Positions 10,228 to 19,550 of a stretch of DNA of 64,000 nucleotides are shown here, in pieces. A model generated the notes under the pieces. It did not search any database and was not told the DNA's origin. It saw nothing but the letters and a program-made list of their open reading frames with translations. The stretch spans positions 672,001 through 736,000 of the forward strand of contig CAXXYE010000004.1 of the NCBI GenBank assembly GCA_963674865.2, read 5' to 3'. Position 1 is the first letter of the stretch; every line of letters begins with the position of its first letter. Origin of the DNA: Candidatus Hydrogenedentota bacterium (GTDB lineage Bacteria; Hydrogenedentota; Hydrogenedentia; Hydrogenedentales; SLHB01). The position numbers were made by a program, and so were the translations under genes.

Positions 10228-10698
10228 ATGCAAAACAGACCTTACATAGCCGCTGCGGCGGTCGCTATCCTCGCAATCGGAATCATGCTCCTGAACACGC
10301 TGCGCAATCCCATGGCGGCCCGGCGTAGCGACCTCGCGCAGCGACTCGAACAGGCCATGCCCCAATCCCGCGACCTGGACGACACCGGCCCCGACTTTGA
10401 GGCCATCCAAGGGGCCATCAAGAATAAGCCGGCTCTCTGGCGCGAACTTATTCCGCCGCCGCCGCCGCCGCCGCCGAAGCGCGTACCGCCCGATTTCGAC
10501 AAGCTCTTGAAGGGCGTCTCGCCAACGCACCAGCAAGTCGGCGACAAGATACGCGTTAACATCGGAGACAGCTACCGCTGGATGGAAGTCGGTGACAAGT
10601 ACAATAGCCTGACCCTCCATCAGCTCAAGTCGGATAAGGCTATTTTCGCCATCAAGAAAGATGGTAAGCTCTACACCAAGGAACTGCCGCGGAAATGA
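10228..10698 (+). CDS. GspC(HR)/PilP-like protein with Pro8 linker, no PDZ domain
   Basis: N-terminal TM, (CCG)8 polyproline, C-terminal VGDKYNSLTLHQLKSDKAIF resembling an HR domain; precedes the secretin. Confidence 0.55.
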   Translation: MQNRPYIAAAAVAILAIGIMLLNTLRNPMAARRSDLAQRLEQAMPQSRDLDDTGPDFEAIQGAIKNKPALWRELIPPPPPPPPKRVPPDFDKLLKGVSPTHQQVGDKIRVNIGDSYRWMEVGDKYNSLTLHQLKSDKAIFAIKKDGKLYTKELPRK

Positions 10699-10834
10699 TC
10701 GAGGGGCCTATGGCCCCTTCGTGTCTACCTTAGTGACGCCGCGCCCGTTATACTAGATGCGGGAAATACAGTGGAGCGTCCCGCTGGAGCAGCGTCGGTT
10801 ACCATGACGAAACAGGGGAGTTTAGGAACCACAG

Positions 10835-13225
10835 ATGCGCATTCCCTGGTACAAACTGAGCGGAATCATTTGTTTGCTACTGACGGCTGGCCTGGTCGAT
10901 CGCGGCTTCGCCGAGGCCCAGAGTCCCACCCAGCCGGCAGGAAAGCCGTCCATCACGACGCGTGCAAGGCTGGGCGCGGCCGAAACAGACGCCGGCGCCA
11001 CCGGATCGTCCTCCACCATGAGAACAACATCGGGAAGACTCTCGACGAGCGGAACAGGAACGAAATCCGGTGTGCATACCATCCAGCCCGCTGCGGTCGG
11101 CATTTCCGTCACTACGACGGAGCAGCCCTTCCAACCTATCCTGGATACGCCCGTCGAGTACCCGGAAGTGCCCGAAGTGGGGGAGCCGATAACCCTGTCA
11201 TCGCCACCCGGGGGAGACCTCCCGGCTCCCCAGTTCCTCGAAGCCCTCGCCTTGGCAACGGGATGGAACGTCGTCGCATCAGAGGCCGTCAGAGATACGA
11301 AGTTGCGTATCTGGGTGAAACAGATCACCAGCCGCCAGGCCATGGAGGTGCTCAAGTTCCACAACCTCTACTACGAGTTTGACCCCGATACGAACTTCCT
11401 TTACGTGATGACAAAAGATGAGTATCTAACCACCACGTACGGCACGCTGCAGCAGGCTGAGTTCACCATTCGATACGCCGACATCCTGGACATCGATGAA
11501 ACCGTCAAGTCACTGCTTTCGCCCATGGGGCGCCTCGTAACAGACCCACGCACGAGCCGTGTACTCGTCTGGGACACCGAGGAAAACATCCGGCAAATCA
11601 AGACCGCGGTCGCCCAGCTCGACCTTCCCGTGGAATCGCGCGTTGTCCAGCTCAAGCATGTCGACGCCACAAGTGTCGAGAATACTCTCGCCGGACTCAT
11701 CTCCTCGCGCGGGCTCGTACAGGTGGACCCCCGGACGAATAACATCGTTATCACGGATCTCCCGGCCAGACAGGATCAAATCGCCGAGGTCCTGGCGGCG
11801 CTGGACAAAGAACTCGAGTCGCGCACCTGGACCCTGAAGTACGCCGACCCCACCGTCGTGGCCGAGCAGGTCGCCGCCCTCGTGCCGGAAGACATGGGAA
11901 CCGTGTCCATCCAGGAGGAAGTCCACCAAGTCACCGTCACCGCCACCCCCCAGCGCATCGCCGAAATCGACCAGCGCATAAGGAAGTGGGACGTCAAGCG
12001 CCGTCAGGTACAAATCGAGGCTTACCTCGTCACTGCCGGCTCCGCCGTGGCCCGCAACCTCGGCATTTACTGGACCTACTTCTCCAAGAGCGGGGATTTC
12101 CTCCTCCAGGGGGCGTCCCCGACCGCCTATCCTGTAACCGACGGCGCCGAGCAGAGCCTCTCCATCGGCCAGCTTCCCCAGGCCATTCCCCTCACGAACT
12201 GGTTCACCGGCGAACCGGTTACCGACATGGAAGGCAATGAAATCATCGACAGCTTCCGCGGCAACAAAGTCAATGCCGTCATCGACTATCTGCACGAGCA
12301 AGGAAAACTCACCGTCCTTTCCCGACCCCGAGTAACGGTTCAGGACGGTATGGAAGCGATCTTCCAAAACACCAGCCAGGAGCCGTACGTCGAGAGCCGG
12401 GAAACCTATCCCACCACCGTCACTACAGGGACCGGCAATATTGATACCATCCTTCGCGACAAATCCAAGATCACCTTCATGGACGTAGGCATCATCCTTA
12501 CCGTCTTGCCTCGAATTACTGAGGATGACAGCATTCTTCTCGATATCTCGGCCGAGGAAAGTCAGATTATCGAACGGCTCGACCTCGGCACGGAAGACGA
12601 GCCCCGCCTCGTCCCCGTCAAGTCGCAGAACCTCACGCAGACGCAGGTCCGTGTGCACGACGCGCAAACCATCGTCATCGGCGGCCTCAGGAAAGGCACC
12701 ATCGACCACGATAATCGCCGCGTCCCCGTTCTCGGTGATGTGCCGCTCTTTGGCCGCATCTTCCGCAGCACACAGAAGAACAACGAGCAGAGTGAACTCC
12801 TCATCTTCCTGACCTGCTCGCTGGTGGATGAATACACCCACCCCGAGGCCGGCCGCTTGGCACAGCTCGACCAGGACCTCCAGCAGAGCCAACGCCAATA
12901 CGAGAAGCCTCTGTGGGAGCGCATTGACCACAAACTCCGCGACAACAAGAACGAGATACCTGTCTCCATCGGCCAAGGCGGAGACATGTTCTCCAACGGT
13001 GAGCACGTCTCGCTCGACGACCTCCGCAGGAAATTCGCTGAAGTGCCCATGCCGAAGACCACCACCGTCGTCATCCGTAGGCACCCCATGGCCCCGGAGC
13101 GGACGGCTATGGAAGTGACAGAGGCCGCCATGGAAGCCGACCTCAAGGTGGAGACGGAGGACACGATACCGCCCTTTGTGCCTACCTATCGTGAGACCCC
13201 TTCGAACTCCCAAGAACAGCCGTGA
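10835..13225 (+). CDS. gspD: Secretin GspD/PilQ family with C-terminal ExbD/TolR-like domain
   Basis: Signal peptide, three Secretin_N-like repeats (DPRTSRVLV, DPRTNNIVI, QEEVHQVTV), QVQIEA, SRPRV, DVGIILTVLPRI, VPVLGDVPLFGRIF, ELLIFLT. Confidence 0.92.
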   Translation: MRIPWYKLSGIICLLLTAGLVDRGFAEAQSPTQPAGKPSITTRARLGAAETDAGATGSSSTMRTTSGRLSTSGTGTKSGVHTIQPAAVGISVTTTEQPFQPILDTPVEYPEVPEVGEPITLSSPPGGDLPAPQFLEALALATGWNVVASEAVRDTKLRIWVKQITSRQAMEVLKFHNLYYEFDPDTNFLYVMTKDEYLTTTYGTLQQAEFTIRYADILDIDETVKSLLSPMGRLVTDPRTSRVLVWDTEENIRQIKTAVAQLDLPVESRVVQLKHVDATSVENTLAGLISSRGLVQVDPRTNNIVITDLPARQDQIAEVLAALDKELESRTWTLKYADPTVVAEQVAALVPEDMGTVSIQEEVHQVTVTATPQRIAEIDQRIRKWDVKRRQVQIEAYLVTAGSAVARNLGIYWTYFSKSGDFLLQGASPTAYPVTDGAEQSLSIGQLPQAIPLTNWFTGEPVTDMEGNEIIDSFRGNKVNAVIDYLHEQGKLTVLSRPRVTVQDGMEAIFQNTSQEPYVESRETYPTTVTTGTGNIDTILRDKSKITFMDVGIILTVLPRITEDDSILLDISAEESQIIERLDLGTEDEPRLVPVKSQNLTQTQVRVHDAQTIVIGGLRKGTIDHDNRRVPVLGDVPLFGRIFRSTQKNNEQSELLIFLTCSLVDEYTHPEAGRLAQLDQDLQQSQRQYEKPLWERIDHKLRDNKNEIPVSIGQGGDMFSNGEHVSLDDLRRKFAEVPMPKTTTVVIRRHPMAPERTAMEVTEAAMEADLKVETEDTIPPFVPTYRETPSNSQEQP

Positions 13226-13686
13226 TCATTCGACAGGTTGTCTCGGGCGGGCAGACGGGCGTTGATCGCGCCGCCCTGGATGTTGCTCTGCGCCTCAAAA
13301 TCCCCTGCGGCGGGTGGTGTCCTAAGGAAAGACTTGCCGAGGATGGTCCGCTGGATAAGCGCTACCCGCTTAAGGAAACCCCCTCCGCCGAATACGCAGA
13401 GCGCACCATGTGGAACGTCCGCGACTCGGACGGCACGCTCATCCTCACCTTAGGCCCGCCAACCAACGGCACCGCATTCACCCTCGCCTGCGCCGAGAGC
13501 CTCGGAAAACCCCGCTTCGTCGTCGACTTTCAGGAAGCGGCTGATACGCTTCCCGTCGGGGAGTGGATTGAGAGCAACGGCTTGAACATTCTCAACATCG
13601 CCGGCCCCCGCGCGAGCAAGTGTCCCGCCATTTACGACGAAACGGCGCGATTTCTGTCCCGGCTCCTCGAATCGAACGGGGAATAG
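13222..13686 (+). CDS. Putative molybdenum carrier protein (SLOG superfamily)
   Basis: SGGQTGVDRAALD, GGWCPK.RLAEDG, RT.WNVRDSDGTL, LNIAGPRAS. Confidence 0.88.
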   Translation: MIIRQVVSGGQTGVDRAALDVALRLKIPCGGWCPKERLAEDGPLDKRYPLKETPSAEYAERTMWNVRDSDGTLILTLGPPTNGTAFTLACAESLGKPRFVVDFQEAADTLPVGEWIESNGLNILNIAGPRASKCPAIYDETARFLSRLLESNGE

Positions 13687-13693
13687 GCCGCCC

Positions 13694-15100
13694 TCACGCC
13701 CGCGCCGCCAGGTCGCTGCAACCAGGGGCGTCCGCCTCCGTCTTCGCCAACTCCAACAGCCACGCGGGAAAACCGCCCGCGGCGTCTCCCTCTGCTTTGG
13801 CAAAGAGGTCTTTGACAACGTCCGGATGCGCCGCGGCCACGTTCTCCGCGAAAGGCTCCTCGGCCTTCAGATCGTGAAGGAATACGCCTGTGCCATCCAC
13901 CTTGCAGTTGAACCACCAATCATCAGTGATGACTGTCGGCGTCGGCCCCCATGCCACCGTCACGTGCTCGCGCTTGCCCGGCTTCCCGGCCAAGGCATCT
14001 TCAATAAAGGGCAGACCGTCGAGCTCTTCCGGCAACGCCATGCCGGCCAGCCGAAGGACTTCCGCCGTGATGTCCACGTGCTGGACGAACAAATCGCTCA
14101 TCGTCCCCGCGTGTTCCGCTTTCGGAAGACGAATCATCAACGGCACATCATACACGCCCGGGCGCGAAGGATAGCCTCGCTTGCCGATATACCGTGACTC
14201 GCCGATGGAGTGCCCATGATCCGTGGTGAAGATCACGGCGGTGTTGTCCAGCAGCCCCAACACGCGCAGGCTTTCCATGAAATACCCGAACCAGCGATCG
14301 CAGAGCGACACCGCGCCCTTGTAGTTTGCCTGTGTCCGCGACAAGAGCGACGGATCCATGGCATCCGTGTTGGCGTAGCCGGATTTCACCTGCTCCTGGC
14401 CCTCTTCCTTAAGGTACATCCGCCGGTAGTGCTCCGGCACCAGCCAAGGCTCATGCGGATCGAACGATTCCACCGTCAGGAAAAACTGCTCCGCATCCTG
14501 ATTTTGCTCAAGCCACAGCGCCGCCTCTTTCAACACCCGCGCCGCGAAGTAATCCTCCTCGTTGGGCCGATCATGCATGTTCATGATGCACTGCTGAATG
14601 AAGCTGATCGTCGACTCGTTCTGCATCTCCTTAGGCAGCCAGTAGTCGAGTTGCTCTTGCGTGAGCCGAGGCCCCGAGCGGGCCGGATCCTTCTCCTGCC
14701 CGCGAAGAAACGTCCACTGATCGAAACCGCGCGCGAAGTTCTTCGACGGCTTGAACATGTGGTACACGTCCGCCACAAGACCCGTCCGATAGCCGTTAGC
14801 CTGGAGAATCTCCGCGACGGTGTCCTGCTCCTCCGGAATCGGCCCCCAGCCGGGCGCGCCGACAAAGTCACCCTTCAAACGAAAATCGGCATTGTGAAAC
14901 GGATATACCCGGCGTCCCGTATATAAAGCGCGGCGCGTCGGCAGCGTCGGAAGCGACTCGGGATAGGCCCGCGTCATCACCAAGGACTCCTTGGCAAACG
15001 CGTCAAAGTGGGGAGTATGTACCGGCCCCCACGGCGGCGGCCCGTAAACGCCCACACAGTCCTTCCGCAGCGAGTCGAATACAACCAGGATGATGTTCAC
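13694..15100 (-). CDS. Sulfatase/alkaline phosphatase superfamily hydrolase
   Basis: NIILVVFDSLRKD, PTLPTRRALYTG, FDPHEPW, TTDHGH, VPLMIR; GTG start behind GAGGAGG. Confidence 0.88.
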   Translation of the reverse strand: MNIILVVFDSLRKDCVGVYGPPPWGPVHTPHFDAFAKESLVMTRAYPESLPTLPTRRALYTGRRVYPFHNADFRLKGDFVGAPGWGPIPEEQDTVAEILQANGYRTGLVADVYHMFKPSKNFARGFDQWTFLRGQEKDPARSGPRLTQEQLDYWLPKEMQNESTISFIQQCIMNMHDRPNEEDYFAARVLKEAALWLEQNQDAEQFFLTVESFDPHEPWLVPEHYRRMYLKEEGQEQVKSGYANTDAMDPSLLSRTQANYKGAVSLCDRWFGYFMESLRVLGLLDNTAVIFTTDHGHSIGESRYIGKRGYPSRPGVYDVPLMIRLPKAEHAGTMSDLFVQHVDITAEVLRLAGMALPEELDGLPFIEDALAGKPGKREHVTVAWGPTPTVITDDWWFNCKVDGTGVFLHDLKAEEPFAENVAAAHPDVVKDLFAKAEGDAAGGFPAWLLELAKTEADAPGCSDLAARA

Positions 15101-15153
15101 AACGGCAACCTCCTCATTTTGGCCCACGAAACCCGCACACCCGGCCCAATCTT

Positions 15154-15276
15154 CTGACTCACAGTTGACTCTGCTAATCTGCAGACGTGGAAGCGCCCAA
15201 AAAGAAACGAAAAACCGGGACTGACACAAGCGAGTCCGCCTCAGGCGGACGAGACGTGTCTGTCCCTGCTTTTCGC
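15154..15276 (+). repeat. GGGACTG-family structured intergenic repeat (core 15217-15266)
   Basis: GGGACTGACAC-AAGCGA-GTCCGCC-tca-GGCGGAC-GAGAC-GTGTCTGTCCC; near-identical extended copy at 19030-19153. Confidence 0.85.
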
Positions 15277-15341
15277 GGCAAGAATACAACGCCGCCAGCG
15301 TAAGTCATGCTACCAAAGTGCGGCCCCTTCAGGCCGTATCC

Positions 15342-16643
15342 CTACGCATACGACGGCAGATAGTCCCCGTGGGCCTCGATCAAGTCGTCGCAGAGCGACA
15401 CAATCTCGTCAATCGTCAATTCCGATCCCGTGTGCGGATCGAGCATCGCCGCCTGGTAGATGTGCTCCTTCTTCAGCGTCAGCGCCGCCTCGATGGTGAG
15501 TTCCTGCACATTCACATTCGTCCGCGTCACCGCCGCGCATTGCGGGGGCAAGTCGCCCACGTACGTCGGCGTCACCCCATTCCGATCGGCCACGCACATC
15601 ACCTCGACGCACGCACCCGGAGGCAGATTCGTGATCAGCCCCGTATTCAATACATTCCCGCCGAACGTCAAGACATTCCCCGTTTCCATCGACTCGAAGA
15701 TGTACGACGCGTATTCTCCCGTGCGCTCGTGTTCGAGCGGCTCATCGCTAAGAAGCTGCTTCTTCTGCTTGTCCCAATGCTCGATCTGATCCACGCAACG
15801 CCTCGGATACTCGTCCAGCGGAATGTGGAACCGCTCGATAAGCTCCGGCGCCTTCTCCTTGATAAACCACGGCACGTACTCGCTCGTGTGCTCGCTCGAC
15901 TCCGTTATGTAGTGCCCGAACCACTTCATCATCTCGAAGCGCACCGCGTCCTTCTTCTTGTACTCCGGCAACTCGGCCCGCCGCTTGATCTCCGGATACA
16001 GATCCTCCCCGTCCCGCGAAATCTCCAACAACCAGCCCTGATGATTAATCCCCGCGATGCGCCAGCGAAGATTGTCGTCCGGCAAGTCCAGCTTCCGGCA
16101 CAAGCCGCGCGCACAGCTCTGAACGCTGTGGCACAGCCCGACGGTGTGCACGCCCGTTCCCTTCAGTATCGCCCCCGTCAGCATGGCCATCGGATTCGAG
16201 TAGTTGATCAAGAGCGCCTCGGGCGCGACCTCCTCGATGATATGGCAGTAATCCAGCATCACCGGAATCGTCCGCAACGCCCGGAAAATGCCCCCAATGC
16301 CCAGCGTATCCGCTATCGTTTGGCGCAGGCCGTATTTCTTCGGCACCTCGAAGTCGACCACCGTCGATGGTTCATAGCCGCCGACCTGAATCGCGTTCAC
16401 GATGTAATCCACGCCGGACAACGCCTTCCGCGCGTCTTCGCCCATGTAGGCTTCAACCGTGGCCGCCGCGCCGAGCGTCCGGTTCACGTTGTTCAACATC
16501 ACCTCGGACACGTGCAGCCGATCCGCATCAATGTCCACCAACGTGATATGCGAATCTCTCAGGGACTCCGTCGTCAGACAATCGCCCAGCACATTCTTCG
16601 CAAACACGGTACTTCCCGCGCCAAGAAAACAGATCTTTGCCAT
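15342..16643 (-). CDS. melA: GH4 NAD-dependent alpha-galactosidase/glucosidase
   Basis: KICFLGAGSTVF, ADTLGIGGIFRALRTIP, NYSNPM, GLCHSVQ, AGINH, TESSEH. Confidence 0.93.
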   Translation of the reverse strand: MAKICFLGAGSTVFAKNVLGDCLTTESLRDSHITLVDIDADRLHVSEVMLNNVNRTLGAAATVEAYMGEDARKALSGVDYIVNAIQVGGYEPSTVVDFEVPKKYGLRQTIADTLGIGGIFRALRTIPVMLDYCHIIEEVAPEALLINYSNPMAMLTGAILKGTGVHTVGLCHSVQSCARGLCRKLDLPDDNLRWRIAGINHQGWLLEISRDGEDLYPEIKRRAELPEYKKKDAVRFEMMKWFGHYITESSEHTSEYVPWFIKEKAPELIERFHIPLDEYPRRCVDQIEHWDKQKKQLLSDEPLEHERTGEYASYIFESMETGNVLTFGGNVLNTGLITNLPPGACVEVMCVADRNGVTPTYVGDLPPQCAAVTRTNVNVQELTIEAALTLKKEHIYQAAMLDPHTGSELTIDEIVSLCDDLIEAHGDYLPSYA

Positions 16644-16676
16644 TTCGCCTACCTCCTCAATCCATGAAAGTCTGAG

Positions 16677-16705
16677 ATGATACGCCCGCCTTCGACCTCA
16701 ATCAA
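16677..16705 (-). promoter_or_regulatory. Sigma70-type promoter for melA
   Basis: TTGATT-N17-TATCAT on the minus strand upstream of a GAGGAGG RBS. Confidence 0.6.
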
Positions 16706-16877
16706 ACTATCCGTAGACAAAGCTCGTAGTCCGCGCAATCACAGAACGTGCACGCCGGCAGGCCGCTTGACCTTCCATTCCGTCGGCGAGTATCGTCCCC
16801 CAAGGCGCTCCCCACATAGCGAAGGCGTCGACCCATCGCCCGGCGCCACCACCCAATGCAGCAGAGAAAGGGCCGTC

Positions 16878-18164
16878 GTGCGGATTTTGCATAAAGGCAG
16901 GCTTATCGACGCCTGCACCGTGCCCGGTGAAACGCGGGCCGACGACGTCTACCCGGCCCACCCGAACGCCATTCGCGTCAGCCGCACACGGTGGCTCCTC
17001 GTCTACGCCACACGTGGATTCCGCCTCAAAGACGATGACCGCAGCATCATCTATCAACTGCGACGCAACGCGCCCGACGGGCCCGTGGTGTGCGAGGGCC
17101 TCATCGCCCGAGCGCTGGATGACTGGGACCCCTTCCTAGACGGCAACAAATGCGTCCGGCAATACGGGTCGCCTGTGGCCTTCGGCGTGCCGCGAGGAGC
17201 GCGGATTGACGGCAAGTCACTGCCGCACGCCAACGTATTCGCCGTCAAGTGGCGCGTGCTCGCCTTGGCCATCGAGCCCGGCTCCGGACGCGTGTCGAAT
17301 GACCCGGTTCTTCGCGCACGCACGCAGGGCGTAATGTGGGCGCAGTTCAGACTCAACGATTCCGAAGACCACCTCGAAGTGCTCCAGCCGCCCATGCCCT
17401 TCCGGCAAAGAGGCTTTGAGCAGGGTGACGCGTTCTGTGAACTCCCCGAATGCCGCTGGATGAACCAGACGTTCATCCAGCCTCAACCCTACAACGCGGA
17501 CGCTTCCGAGTGGATAGACTGCAATCACGTCGACGGAAGCCGCGTCGCCGCCATCAAACACGTCTTCAATCCCGAGGCCGGCCGCTATGAATGGGCCGCA
17601 TGCGGCCCCTACCTCTTCGACCGCCCCACGAGCGAGGCGAGCATCCTGCCTTGGCACGGCCATTGGATCATTACCGCCCGCCTCCATCACAGAGGCAATT
17701 CCGGCGTGGCCTGGCTCAAGACCGACGACCCCTTCCTGCCGACCGGCAGGCCCGTCTACCAAGCCATTCCCGCCACCCATGTCCCGCGCACGGCTTACTT
17801 GTGCCCCGACGGCGTCGTAAGACTATTCACCGGCGACCCGACCATCTCGCCCTACGGATACGGCAGGAACCCCCTCTACGTCTGGGATGTCGCATCCGAA
17901 GACGGCTTCAACGTGTCCAACCGGCGCGTCGTGTACGACTGCCGCCTCGCCGGCTTGGACACCGAGAGCTGCCTGCGCGTCGACATGTGCAAACTGGTGC
18001 CCGCCGCCGGCGAGAGGCAACTGCTGCTGCATCGCGTGGCGCCCGTGGAGGATGAGCGACTCACACAAGGGGGAAAGGCCGACGGCGGCATATACGGTGC
18101 CTGGCTAACGTACGATCACGTCGACCCCGATGCGGTACGTGCGCAGATCCCATGGACCTTATAG
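16878..18164 (+). CDS. Hypothetical protein, possible beta-propeller/sialidase-like
   Basis: Long ORF with typical codon usage; SEASI and RNPLY..WDV resemble BNR/sialidase blades; start uncertain. Confidence 0.6.
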   Translation: MRILHKGRLIDACTVPGETRADDVYPAHPNAIRVSRTRWLLVYATRGFRLKDDDRSIIYQLRRNAPDGPVVCEGLIARALDDWDPFLDGNKCVRQYGSPVAFGVPRGARIDGKSLPHANVFAVKWRVLALAIEPGSGRVSNDPVLRARTQGVMWAQFRLNDSEDHLEVLQPPMPFRQRGFEQGDAFCELPECRWMNQTFIQPQPYNADASEWIDCNHVDGSRVAAIKHVFNPEAGRYEWAACGPYLFDRPTSEASILPWHGHWIITARLHHRGNSGVAWLKTDDPFLPTGRPVYQAIPATHVPRTAYLCPDGVVRLFTGDPTISPYGYGRNPLYVWDVASEDGFNVSNRRVVYDCRLAGLDTESCLRVDMCKLVPAAGERQLLLHRVAPVEDERLTQGGKADGGIYGAWLTYDHVDPDAVRAQIPWTL

Positions 18165-18207
18165 ATGCGCTGGAACACCAGCTTGCCAACCATAGCAGGA
18201 GCACACC

Positions 18208-18978
18208 ATGTCAAACTCAATCAAAGAGATGCTTCGCGCGGGCCGAACGGCCCTCGGCTTCGCCATCACCTATCCCGCCCCGGGAATCATCGAATCCATC
18301 GGCAAAGGATGGGACTGGGCCTGGATTGACGGCCAACACGGCCAGCTTGACGAACGAACCATACTCGAGTGCGTACGCACCGCCCACGCCGCAGGCATCG
18401 CATCCATCGTGCGCGTCCCCTCTCACGAGCCAGGCGTCATCGGCCGCGTGCTCGATATGGCCCCCACGGGCATCATGGTGCCCATGGTCGACACGCCCGA
18501 ACAGGCCCGGCGCGTCGTCGATGCAGCCCGCTTCCCACCCCTCGGGCGGCGTTCCTACGGAGGGCGGCGCATGGGGGATCTCAACGGACGCACCTACTAC
18601 GAAACCGCTAACGACGATACGCTCCTTCTCGCTCAGATTGAGACGCCCGAGGGACTCGAAAACGCCAAGGCCATCGCCGGTGCCGAGGGCGTTGACGTGC
18701 TCTTCTTCGGCGCCGACGACATGAAGATCCGACTCGGCATCCCCATTAACACGGCCCCCTATGAATCAGAGAAGTTGGGGAAGGCGGCCGAGGCCATTGC
18801 CCAAGCCGCTCACGAGGCAGGCAAAGCCGCAGGCGCCGTGACGGCCAACGTGGACGCCCTCCGATTCGCCCACGATCTCGGCTACCAAATGCTCGCCGGA
18901 GGCTCCGAGGTTGGCTTCGCCCGCGAAGCCGCAGCCAAACGCCTCGAAGAGCTCACCCGCGCGATTCCGCCTGAGTGA
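18208..18978 (+). CDS. HpcH/HpaI aldolase family
   Basis: WIDGQHG, VRVP, LDMAPTGIMVPMV, RFPPLGRRS, AQIET, GVDVLFFGADD. Confidence 0.92.
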   Translation: MSNSIKEMLRAGRTALGFAITYPAPGIIESIGKGWDWAWIDGQHGQLDERTILECVRTAHAAGIASIVRVPSHEPGVIGRVLDMAPTGIMVPMVDTPEQARRVVDAARFPPLGRRSYGGRRMGDLNGRTYYETANDDTLLLAQIETPEGLENAKAIAGAEGVDVLFFGADDMKIRLGIPINTAPYESEKLGKAAEAIAQAAHEAGKAAGAVTANVDALRFAHDLGYQMLAGGSEVGFAREAAAKRLEELTRAIPPE

Positions 18979-19029
18979 CACCGGAGCGACACACCAATGC
19001 GCACGCCCCCCTCCCGGCAAGCCACTACT

Positions 19030-19483
19030 CTGACTCATAATTGACGCTGCCTATCTCCAAACGAAGCAGCGCCCAAGAACGGGCGAAAAACGGGGACTGA
19101 CACAAGCGAGTCCGCCTCAGGCGAACGGAGACGTGTCTGTCCCTGCTTTTCGCCGTAATCCGCCGATACCCCCGCCCCCGAAGCATTCCCCGGTAGCCCG
19201 CCACGGCGGGTGGCATGTTCTAGTGTTCACACTCATAACGGAATTCACTTATCTGCAGACGCAGAAGCGAAAAACGGGGACTGACGCAAGCGAAGTCCGC
19301 CTCAGGCGGACGGAGACGTGTCTGTCCCTGCTTTTCGCCCTGCTTTTAGCCGTGATCCGCCGATACCCCCGCCCCCGGACATCCCGCGTTAGCCCGCCAT
19401 GGCGGGCGGCATACTCTAGCCCACGGCGTGAGCCGTGGGAAAAAGCGCCGCCTCCATTCCATAGCCTCGTAAGAGGCGACATA
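19030..19483 (+). repeat. Composite REP/BIME-like cluster: two GGGACTG elements plus an AGCCCGCC..AGCCCACGG..CCGTGGG element
   Basis: Cores at 19093-19143 and 19277-19328; second family at 19391-19483. Confidence 0.85.
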
Positions 19484-19550
19484 TCGCCCCGTCTCCTCAA
19501 GGCTTCGAGATCGCGACGTAATCCCGTACCCCTGCGCGAGTGGATGGGCA

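Noticed and set aside
11510..13213. 567-aa antisense ORF, and similar ones at 15318-16667, 29063-30343, 35064-36308 and 42977-44092
   Set aside because: Shadow frames of well-supported GC-rich genes with no motifs
1851..13225. Type IV pilus rather than T2SS
   Set aside because: GspG and GspK signatures are present and there is no PilT; a DNA-uptake role cannot be fully excluded
15101..15289. N-terminal extension of the sulfatase, and similar extensions for gspK, lpxK, tex and the GATase
   Set aside because: They run through repeats or upstream genes; better starts with RBS or stop-start overlaps exist
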